Source: Candidatus Saccharimonadota bacterium
GTDB lineage: Archaea; Nanohalarchaeota; Nanosalinia; Nanosalinales; Nanosalinaceae
Direction: 5' to 3'
Assembly (NCBI RefSeq): GCF_029232205.1
Contig: NZ_CP107255.1
Coordinates: forward strand, 540,001 to 572,000
DNA length: 32,000 nucleotides
Below the pieces are notes generated by a model, which did no database searches, was not told the DNA's origin, and saw only the letters and a program-made list of their open reading frames with translations. The position numbers were made by a program, and so were the translations under genes. This document shows positions 25,864-32,000 of this stretch, one piece after another. Every line of letters begins with the position of its first letter. Position 1 is the first letter of the stretch.

Positions 25864-27687
25864 GTGAAATTAATAAGCTTCAACATCAACGACTACCGAT
25901 CTATAGATGATAGCGGAGAATGTTATTTATCGCCTTCAATTACTATTCTAGCAGGTAAGAATGAAGCAGGCAAGACCTCAATACTAGAGGCCTTAGAGAG
26001 CTTTAATTTTAACCAGGAAATTGATGATGGAGCAAAGCCCATAGGTAAAGACGAGAGCCTTCCTAAGATTTCATTAACTTTTGAAATTAGCGAGGCTGAA
26101 AGGTCATTGTTTAATGAGGTTGATAATAGCTTAACAGCTACTATAACGAAGGTTTACCCTAATACTTACAATCTTGATAAAAAACTCGAAGATGTATTTC
26201 CTGGCGTTGAAGATCGGAGGAAAGAGATGTCCGAGAAGTTACAAAGTGTAATAGCAAGCAGAAAAGGCAAGATTGAGAAATTCAGTTCAATAGAAATGCA
26301 AGAATTCTTAGAAGAAGACAATATTAGTAATGCGGTTCCGAAAATAATAGATGAATTAGAAAGAGCTATATCTTCTAATAACAATAATCAGCAGGCAAAT
26401 GAGCTTAAAGAGGTTAAAGAGAAGATAAAGGGCGCCTATAGTGATTTTTTAGACTACAAAGAGTTTGATAAGTTCATAAGGCGAACGGATTTTTCAGAGG
26501 CTTTACCAAAATTCATACTATTCGACTCCGTAGAGGACAATATACCTAATGAAGTTGGATTTTATGATTTGAAGGATAACAATTTTGTTCAAGATCTATC
26601 GAAAATTTCTGATTTGGATCCAGAGATAATAAAACAGGACGAGGATAATAGAGCAAAGAGGAAGCATAAGAAAAAAGTAAATTTAAAGTTAAATGAGGAC
26701 TATGAACAATTCTGGACTCAAGACGCATCTAAATTAAGTGTGGACTGGGACTCCGATAGCTTATATTTTTGGATAGAAGAAGGTGCCGAATATTATGAGC
26801 CTTCTATAAGAAGCAAAGGTAAACAGTGGCACCTATCATTTTACACTAAGCTAACAGCACACGCTAATGAAAGAAATCCCCCCATAGTATTGATAGACGA
26901 TCCTGGTATTCACCTTCATAAAAAGGCCCAGGAGGACATACTGAGGAAGTTGGAATCATTGTCAGAAGAGACTAAAGTAGTTTTCACCACACATTCTCCT
27001 TACCTTATAGATCCGAATAAACTTAACCGAATAAGACTTATTGAGAAAGAGAACTCATCTGGCACTGAAATAAGCAAAATCCATGCGGGTGCAGACTATG
27101 AGACACTTTCTCCTATACTGACTGCAATGGGAGCTGCACCCAGCTTAGGTTTAGAAGCATCCAAGAAAAATACTGTTGTTGTAGAAGGGATTTCAGATTA
27201 TTATTACCTACAAGCCTTTAGAGAACTGATTGAGAAGACTGATTCTGAGCTCAATGTAGTTCCTTCTACAGGAGATACTACTATGCTCCATATAGCACCC
27301 ATTCTTTATGGCTGGGGAACAGACCCAATATTTCTATTGGATGAAGATAGTAGTAACGGTATAGGAGATAAATTAATGAACGAAGAAGAATTGGGAATCT
27401 CCGAAGATAAGATAGTTTCAATTCCAGTAGAAGATGGTGCTATTGAAGATGTCTTCACAGAGAAAGACTTCAAAAAACATGTATTAGAGTCTCCAAAGAA
27501 GCAGTTTAAGTCCAAAAACTCTATGTATATGAAGCGCGCAAATAAAAGCAAGGCACTCTCATCAAAATTATTTTACGAAAAAGTGCTTGAGGAAGATATA
27601 GATCTAGAGGAGACAACTCTGCAAAATATAAAAAAGATCTTCGGGAAAATAGATAGAGCACGAGATTCTACGTCCTATATCGCCTAA
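25864..27687 (+). CDS. OLD-family nuclease (ABC-type ATPase N-domain + Toprim C-domain), stand-alone
   Basis: MKLISFNINDYRSI..ITILAGKNEAGKTSILEAL gives the AAA_15-type N-terminus with Walker A. SKGKQWHLSF is signature-like. PPIVLIDDPGIHLH is Walker B and FTTHSPYLI is the H-loop. The Toprim domain reads NTVVVEGISDYYYLQAF...IFLLDEDSS. The start is a GTG preceded by an AGTGAT Shine-Dalgarno-like element. Confidence 0.8.
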   Translation: MKLISFNINDYRSIDDSGECYLSPSITILAGKNEAGKTSILEALESFNFNQEIDDGAKPIGKDESLPKISLTFEISEAERSLFNEVDNSLTATITKVYPNTYNLDKKLEDVFPGVEDRRKEMSEKLQSVIASRKGKIEKFSSIEMQEFLEEDNISNAVPKIIDELERAISSNNNNQQANELKEVKEKIKGAYSDFLDYKEFDKFIRRTDFSEALPKFILFDSVEDNIPNEVGFYDLKDNNFVQDLSKISDLDPEIIKQDEDNRAKRKHKKKVNLKLNEDYEQFWTQDASKLSVDWDSDSLYFWIEEGAEYYEPSIRSKGKQWHLSFYTKLTAHANERNPPIVLIDDPGIHLHKKAQEDILRKLESLSEETKVVFTTHSPYLIDPNKLNRIRLIEKENSSGTEISKIHAGADYETLSPILTAMGAAPSLGLEASKKNTVVVEGISDYYYLQAFRELIEKTDSELNVVPSTGDTTMLHIAPILYGWGTDPIFLLDEDSSNGIGDKLMNEEELGISEDKIVSIPVEDGAIEDVFTEKDFKKHVLESPKKQFKSKNSMYMKRANKSKALSSKLFYEKVLEEDIDLEETTLQNIKKIFGKIDRARDSTSYIA

Positions 27688-28617
27688 TTATATTGATGGC
27701 GTTTCCAATTCCTCTAAAATTTCCCTCTCATAAAACTCCACTTGATCCTCCGATAAGACTTCCATATCTATCAGTGAGGCCACTAGCTGTACTAGAGTTT
27801 CTACCCTAAACAACTCCTCCATCTCCCGGAAATTATCAGGCAGAGGCCTTTCTTCGGAATAACCTTCGTAGAATTTTTCTCTAGGCCATTCTTTTCCTGG
27901 GTCGTGCATCCAGAAGGAGTTGGCTGCTTTGACTATGTTTCTGGCATCGAGGCCTGAGAATGCGTAGTCCATGTCGATTATGCCGTTGATTTCTCCGTTG
28001 AGGTATATTGTGTTGTCGGGTGTGAAGTCGTCGTGGCAGATTACTGCTTCGAATTCTTCGGGCCACTGGTCTTTTCTTTCTTCGACGAATTTCTGTATTT
28101 TGTCGGCGAGTTCTTCCAGGCCTTCTTCACGCAGTATCTCAAGTTTTTCTTCGAGTTCTGTGAGGTAGTGTTGTTTGAGGCTTCCTTCTTCGAACTCTAC
28201 TATTTCAAGGCCTTTTTCTGTGAATTCTATCCAGCCTTCTTTTTCGAGTGTCGTGTAATTATGGATTTTGGCTAGTTCGCGGCCTGCTTTCCGTGTTTTC
28301 TCTGGTGAGATGTTCTTTTCTCCTGATTGTCCTTCGAGTTTCTCGACTACCGTGTATTTCTGGCCGTTGATTTCTTGGACTTGTTTGGTCACTGCGTGTG
28401 GGATTTTGACTGTGTCTGAGAGAAGTTCGTACATGTTCAGGCAGTGCTTGAGGGATGCATGGTTGTCGTATTCGTCGCCGGAGAACTGGATGATGTAATC
28501 CTTGCCGTCTACCGTGGCCCGATAGGTCTCATGTTTCAATCCTTCAGATATTTCGCTGATTTCCTGGGCCTCTACCCCGAATACTTGTTTGACTGCTTTC
28601 TCTACTTTTTGTTTCAT
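27688..28617 (-). CDS. Aminoglycoside-phosphotransferase-fold (APH/choline-kinase-like) kinase
   Basis: It has a Brenner-type motif VICHDDFTPDNTIY and a metal-binding IIDMDYAFSG. The N-terminal lobe reads ISEGLKHETYRATVDGKDYIIQF. Its stop codon abuts the OLD gene stop (TAATTA). Confidence 0.8.
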   Translation of the reverse strand: MKQKVEKAVKQVFGVEAQEISEISEGLKHETYRATVDGKDYIIQFSGDEYDNHASLKHCLNMYELLSDTVKIPHAVTKQVQEINGQKYTVVEKLEGQSGEKNISPEKTRKAGRELAKIHNYTTLEKEGWIEFTEKGLEIVEFEEGSLKQHYLTELEEKLEILREEGLEELADKIQKFVEERKDQWPEEFEAVICHDDFTPDNTIYLNGEINGIIDMDYAFSGLDARNIVKAANSFWMHDPGKEWPREKFYEGYSEERPLPDNFREMEELFRVETLVQLVASLIDMEVLSEDQVEFYEREILEELETPSI

Positions 28618-28650
28618 TTATACTCTATGTAGTTCGCTGATCTATTTCTG

Positions 28651-28658
28651 TTTATAAA
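28651..28658 (+). promoter_or_regulatory. TATA box (TTTATAAA) about 26 bp upstream of the ATG at 28681
   Basis: The position and sequence fit a leaderless promoter for paralog 1. Confidence 0.45.
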
Positions 28659-28680
28659 GTTTCCAGGTTGTTTGAGAGTA

Positions 28681-28989
28681 ATGAACAGTCACGATGAATT
28701 GTTGAACCTTGAGTACGTGGCTTATGACCACGTAAGCGACTTTATGGAAAAAACAGCGAACAGAAAAATGATTGATCCTCATGTGGATGTTGGATTCTTC
28801 TATGACGGGGATACTCCGGTTGTAGAGGTTTCTGCCAGCGGCCTTGTTGAAGGAAGTTACGTTGAGAGATATGTTCTTGATGGAATGAGTATTGAGGCCT
28901 TTGAAGAGCTCGGTTATGATGTATGGACTCATGGATTTGAGGACAGTTTTCATTCAGTTTCCCAGATTGGAGAATTGCTTGAAGAATAA
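28681..28989 (+). CDS. Unrecognised ~100-aa acidic protein family, paralog 1 of 3
   Basis: It shares conserved blocks with the ORFs at 29722 and 30089: L-[ED]-Y-x-A-[YW]-D-H-V, P-x-[LV]-x-[VI]-G-[FY], TPV[VL][ED][VL], SY[IV]xxYxL[DE]G[LM]SxxAFE and GYxxWxxxFED. The start was set at the ATG at 28681 (the track uses a TTG at 28672). Confidence 0.7.
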   Translation: MNSHDELLNLEYVAYDHVSDFMEKTANRKMIDPHVDVGFFYDGDTPVVEVSASGLVEGSYVERYVLDGMSIEAFEELGYDVWTHGFEDSFHSVSQIGELLEE

Positions 28990-29010
28990 AAATTGAAAGG
29001 AGAGAAGGCC

Positions 29011-29607
29011 TTAGCGGTCCTCTCCGAGAATTATTTCTCCTGTAATTGAGTCAAGAGCTTTCTTTGAATCTGCTTTGGATAGGCCTGATTCTGATGCTAT
29101 TGCCTCGATTAGTTCTGCCTTGTTCATTGCTTCGACTTTTGCTGGTAGTCTCCAGTCTTCAATGGATGTTCCTGATACTCTGTAGCTGTTTTTCTTTTCC
29201 TGAACTTCTTTTCTGATGCCGACTGCTACGTCTCCGAATCCGTCGCCGTCAAGATCTCCTACGTACATTGAATTTACGTTCTTGGAGAGTTCTGCTCCTG
29301 CCTTGAACTTAGGCCTCTTCTCTGATGTGACTGCTGCAGTTACCTGGCCTCTATTGGTAGAGATGACTTCTGTATCCGTCAGATCCAGGATTCCATCTCC
29401 GTCGCTGTCAGGATCTACCCAGGTCTGGACTGTAAGTGCTACTTTGCCAAGCCTTACGCATCGGTCTGCGTCGTCGCAGTCTCCTGAGTCAATTCCCTGG
29501 TAGAGTGCGTTGCTCTGCATGTTTCCTCTAGCCTCGTATACTGGGTTAGCCAGTGCCATTCCTGTTGCTGTGGCCAGTAGTACGAGAAGTATTGCAAGTT
29601 TTTTCAT
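29011..29607 (-). CDS. Secreted Asp-rich (Ca-binding-like DxDxDG repeats) protein ending in an HU-like N-terminal helix pair
   Basis: The start was set at MKKLAILLVLLATATGMALA (signal peptide, ATG at 29607). DPDSDGDGILD and DLDGDGFGD are present. The last 38 aa, MNKAELIEAIASESGLSKADSKKALDSITGEIILGEDR, closely resemble the first two helices of bacterial HU/IHF. Confidence 0.65.
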   Translation of the reverse strand: MKKLAILLVLLATATGMALANPVYEARGNMQSNALYQGIDSGDCDDADRCVRLGKVALTVQTWVDPDSDGDGILDLTDTEVISTNRGQVTAAVTSEKRPKFKAGAELSKNVNSMYVGDLDGDGFGDVAVGIRKEVQEKKNSYRVSGTSIEDWRLPAKVEAMNKAELIEAIASESGLSKADSKKALDSITGEIILGEDR

Positions 29608-29623
29608 GGTAAGAGCTACAATA

Positions 29624-29635
29624 TGTAGAGAATCT
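29624..29635. repeat. Copy 1 of the 12-bp direct repeat TGTAGAGAATCT
   Basis: It is a perfect match to 29672-29683. It lies between a TATAAA (29635-29640) and the start of the minus-strand secreted-protein gene. Confidence 0.6.
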
Positions 29636-29671
29636 ATAAATCGATATCTGTTGATTATATTTAGGATCTGG

Positions 29672-29683
29672 TGTAGAGAATCT
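29672..29683. repeat. Copy 2 of the 12-bp direct repeat TGTAGAGAATCT
   Basis: It is a perfect match to 29624-29635. It lies immediately upstream of the TATA-like ATTAAAA (29692-29698) of paralog 2. Confidence 0.6.
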
Positions 29684-29721
29684 TTTCTCCGATTAAAAGA
29701 GTTGGTGGGTACTGCAGTTTT

Positions 29722-30030
29722 ATGGACGCAGAGGAGGAACTCATGGATCTTGATTATGCGGCCTATGATCATGTATTAGAGCTTGAAGATGATCTTGAGG
29801 AACGTAGAATCAGAGATCCAGATCTATATGTCGGATTTCACTATGAGGAAGATACTCCTGTAGTTGATGTAGCAGCTCATGGAAAGAAAAAGTCGTATAT
29901 TGATAGCTATCGTTTAGAAGGCTTATCTGTAGGCGCATTCGAACAGCTAGGTTATGATATCTGGCTTGACACCTTTGAAGATACTTTCAAGAGTACTGAA
30001 GATATAGGCAGACATCTTGAAAGATTTTAA
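29722..30030 (+). CDS. Unrecognised ~100-aa acidic protein family, paralog 2 of 3
   Basis: See paralog 1 for the shared blocks. The TATA-like ATTAAAA lies about 27 bp upstream of the ATG. Confidence 0.7.
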   Translation: MDAEEELMDLDYAAYDHVLELEDDLEERRIRDPDLYVGFHYEEDTPVVDVAAHGKKKSYIDSYRLEGLSVGAFEQLGYDIWLDTFEDTFKSTEDIGRHLERF

Positions 30031-30088
30031 ACTTATTTTTCTTGTTTGAACAGATAAGTGTATAAGCTTTCACTCCTATAGAGGAGTA

Positions 30089-30394
30089 ATGGATGCATTC
30101 GATGAAATAGAGTCGTTAGACTACTCAGCATGGGATCACGTCGTAGATTTTAATCTCAAGCTGGAGCTGGCAGATATAGAAGAGCCACAGCTTTACATTG
30201 GATATCACGATGAAGAAGGCACGCCAGTACTAGACTTGATAGCTAGAGGGCCTATCAATTCGTATATCAACAGCTACAGGCTTGACGGCCTCAGTATGGA
30301 GGCCTTTGAGGAGGAAGGATACAGGTCCTGGAAAGAAACTTTTGAGGACATGTATGGAGAGTCAAGGCCTCTGGAAGATTTTTTCGAAGAATAG
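30089..30394 (+). CDS. Unrecognised ~100-aa acidic protein family, paralog 3 of 3
   Basis: See paralog 1 for the shared blocks. By eye it is roughly 45% identical to paralog 2. TATAAG (30061-30066) lies about 25 bp upstream of the ATG. Confidence 0.7.
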   Translation: MDAFDEIESLDYSAWDHVVDFNLKLELADIEEPQLYIGYHDEEGTPVLDLIARGPINSYINSYRLDGLSMEAFEEEGYRSWKETFEDMYGESRPLEDFFEE

Positions 30395-30437
30395 TTATTG
30401 CATGTGAGGTCTTGTGTTATACCTTTTCTAGGAGTTC

Positions 30438-31526
30438 TTATTTTTCTGTACTGAAGCTGTATTCTCCTTTCAGGAACGGTATTCTGTTTTCCATTGTTTT
30501 CTTGAATCGCTGGCCCTGTAGGCCTTCTAATTCTTGCATTTCTTCTCTAAATCCGTTGAGTTGTTCGGCTATTTTATCGCCGGCGTTTTCCTGGTACTGG
30601 GAGAATTCGTTGTAGCTGGCTCTTGTGTTTGAGAGATGGTTTTCGAATCCTTCCTGAAAACGGCCTTTCATGAAGTATGTTACGGCCTGTGCCATTGTTT
30701 CATCTCTGACATCAAAGTCTTCTAGTCCAAAGATATCAGTCATAAGGCCTGCTGCGTATTCGAATTCCTGTACATACTGATGGAGATCTACTTCGTGTCT
30801 TCTGTTTTCGTGGTATGCGTCAAGTATTCCTGCGTCGTATATTTCGTCGAGTACAAGGAGTGATAGGCCTGCTACAAGATCGTGTTTTACTTCTGGTACT
30901 TCTGTATCTTCTACTATTTCCCGATATTCTTCCGGTGCATTGTAGTCGTAGATTGTGGCGAGATCTCTTACTTTATCGGCATCATCTATCAGGGCCTCTA
31001 CGTTGTTTTTGTGCATTGTTTCATGTGCTGCTGTCTCTGCTGCTGGAGTTCCTTCCGTTGCTTTCCCTGATTTTCTGTAAAGTGTTGATTTGTCTTGTTG
31101 AAATGTGTGGGTGCCGGCGTATTTTTTATCAGTATCTTCTAGTGTGGTCATTTTTGGAGGTTTTATCTTCTGGCCGGGGATGAAGCCATCGATGTACTGT
31201 GCTGCGGCTTCGTGCAGGTCGTCCAGAAATCCTTCAGGTAGCTGGCCTTTTTCCTCTACATGGCTGATGTTTTGCGTGGAGGTATGCAGCATTGCAAGTC
31301 TGTCGGTAGTGTAAGGCGCTCTCTGCATATCCTTGACTCTTTGCTGTACTGCTTCAAGCTCTTCATCTGTATGTGAGCCTCCGTTAACTTTTCTGGAAAT
31401 ATGCTTTGATTCTCTTCTTTCACGTCCGTAGAATCCTGCCGGCCTCAACTGGAACTCGTTGGCCCATCGGGATAACTCCTCTTCCAGGTCAGGTTCATCT
31501 ACTTCGAAAAACAAACTGGCCGGCAT
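30438..31526 (-). CDS. Hypothetical protein with a single HExxH motif (AAHETMH), possible zinc metallopeptidase
   Basis: This is a 362-aa ORF with no signal peptide or TM helix and an HExxH at about residue 170. No third-ligand motif was recognised. An AT-rich TATA-like element lies about 25 bp upstream of the ATG. Confidence 0.5.
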   Translation of the reverse strand: MPASLFFEVDEPDLEEELSRWANEFQLRPAGFYGRERRESKHISRKVNGGSHTDEELEAVQQRVKDMQRAPYTTDRLAMLHTSTQNISHVEEKGQLPEGFLDDLHEAAAQYIDGFIPGQKIKPPKMTTLEDTDKKYAGTHTFQQDKSTLYRKSGKATEGTPAAETAAHETMHKNNVEALIDDADKVRDLATIYDYNAPEEYREIVEDTEVPEVKHDLVAGLSLLVLDEIYDAGILDAYHENRRHEVDLHQYVQEFEYAAGLMTDIFGLEDFDVRDETMAQAVTYFMKGRFQEGFENHLSNTRASYNEFSQYQENAGDKIAEQLNGFREEMQELEGLQGQRFKKTMENRIPFLKGEYSFSTEK

Positions 31527-31583
31527 AAATACAGAGTAGAAGCAAATTTTTATATCGAACCAGTAACAAAAAAGAGGAATGTT

Positions 31584-32000
31584 TCAGGAGGCCTTTCTTG
31601 GCTCTCCTGCATGTGCTGAAGGTTTCTGCACTTCTGGAACAAGTTCTTCGACAGAGTAGAGTCCTTCCTGAAGATCCATCAAGTAGTCATTCAGTTCCTG
31701 TGCTACTCCAGTTTCCGCTTCCAGCTCAAGGAATTCCTCATATGCTTCTTCTAGAGATTCGTAGTTTTCTCCCGCTTCTTCTAGGTGTTCTGCTGCTTTC
31801 TCCTCCCGGCCATTATCCAGAAGGTATAACGTATTATGTAATTCGTCAAAGAAGGCCTCTGTGGCTTCTCGAATTTCCTCTGTAGCTTCAGAGAAGTTAT
31901 TGTAGAAATCCAGTTCATTTACCTGTCTACTTGCCTCTAGAACTGTTTCATCGTACTCAACTGTTCCAGGCACCAGTTCCGGTACATAGTTCTCAAGTTC
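31584..32000 (-). CDS. Acidic all-helical hypothetical protein (N-terminus possibly beyond the window)
   Basis: The track start (31973) is a GTG, and the frame remains open upstream to the window edge (..ELENYVPEL-VPGTVEYDE..). An oligo-T tract follows the stop codon. Confidence 0.45.
   Translation of the reverse strand, partial: ELENYVPELVPGTVEYDETVLEASRQVNELDFYNNFSEATEEIREATEAFFDELHNTLYLLDNGREEKAAEHLEEAGENYESLEEAYEEFLELEAETGVAQELNDYLMDLQEGLYSVEELVPEVQKPSAHAGEPRKAS

Noticed and set aside
25864-28617. The OLD nuclease as part of a Gabija, PARIS or retron system.
   Set aside because: No UvrD/GajB-like helicase, DUF4435/AriB-like protein or reverse transcriptase/ncRNA is adjacent. The only neighbour is a convergent, host-like APH-fold kinase, so I call OLD stand-alone.
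28642-28953. A 103-aa minus-strand ORF.
   Set aside because: It is antisense to paralog 1, and the plus-strand frame is supported by two paralogs elsewhere in the window.
29216-29779. The plus-strand ORFs 29216-29503 and 29510-29779.
   Set aside because: They are antisense to the secreted protein gene or span its promoter. They are Ser/Pro-rich with no motifs, whereas the minus frame has a signal peptide and an HU-like tail.
1-32000. A search for CRISPR arrays, rRNA genes, IS elements, transposases, integrases, or long direct or inverted repeats flanking the accessory block.
   Set aside because: None was seen on reading the sequence. The only repeats found are short (8-14 bp) intergenic elements and the dispersed AGGCCT hexamer.

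Overview
The window reads as chromosomal DNA from a low-GC archaeon with a strongly acidic proteome, so probably a halophile. A Nanohaloarchaeota-like lineage is my guess only. Archaeal hallmarks are a tRNA-Trp with a bulge-helix-bulge intron, TATA-like boxes about 25-30 bp upstream of ATGs (leaderless mRNAs), a PIN-ATPase-KH protein, and a COG1033/COG1361-type exporter with an S-layer-domain protein.

About 40 genes are supported:
- 1-4.9 kb: housekeeping genes (MBL-fold nuclease, tRNA-Trp, Fe/Mn superoxide dismutase, a coiled-coil protein, a mini flavoprotein, a BtuF-like binding protein).
- 4.9-6.7 kb: an Mrr-type nuclease fusion next to a winged-helix regulator.
- 6.8-9.7 kb: a thiol-redox island (glutaredoxin, thioredoxin-fold protein, OsmC, DsbA-like protein with a CxxC membrane protein, HxlR).
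- 9.7-13.8 kb: DUF2892 and amphi-Trp small genes, then a four-gene envelope operon (split RND-like exporter, S-layer-domain protein, DUF2892).
- 13.9-16 kb: a NUDIX hydrolase and an nfo/alkA-like repair pair.
- 16-21.7 kb: a NYN protein followed by a CBS protein with an HPF-like tail, then DUF389, PIN-ATPase-KH and an HTH protein.
- 21.9-25.4 kb: nrdR-nrdJ preceded by tandem NrdR-box-like palindromes.
- 25.5-32 kb: an accessory block holding a compositionally foreign OLD-family ATPase/Toprim nuclease, an APH-type kinase, three diverged paralogs of an unrecognised ~100-aa acidic protein, a secreted protein ending in an HU-like helix pair, an orphan HExxH protein and an acidic helical protein.

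The palindrome AGGCCT is also strikingly over-represented across the whole window. No CRISPR array, rRNA, transposase or integrase was seen. All family calls rest on motif recognition by eye; no database search was possible.
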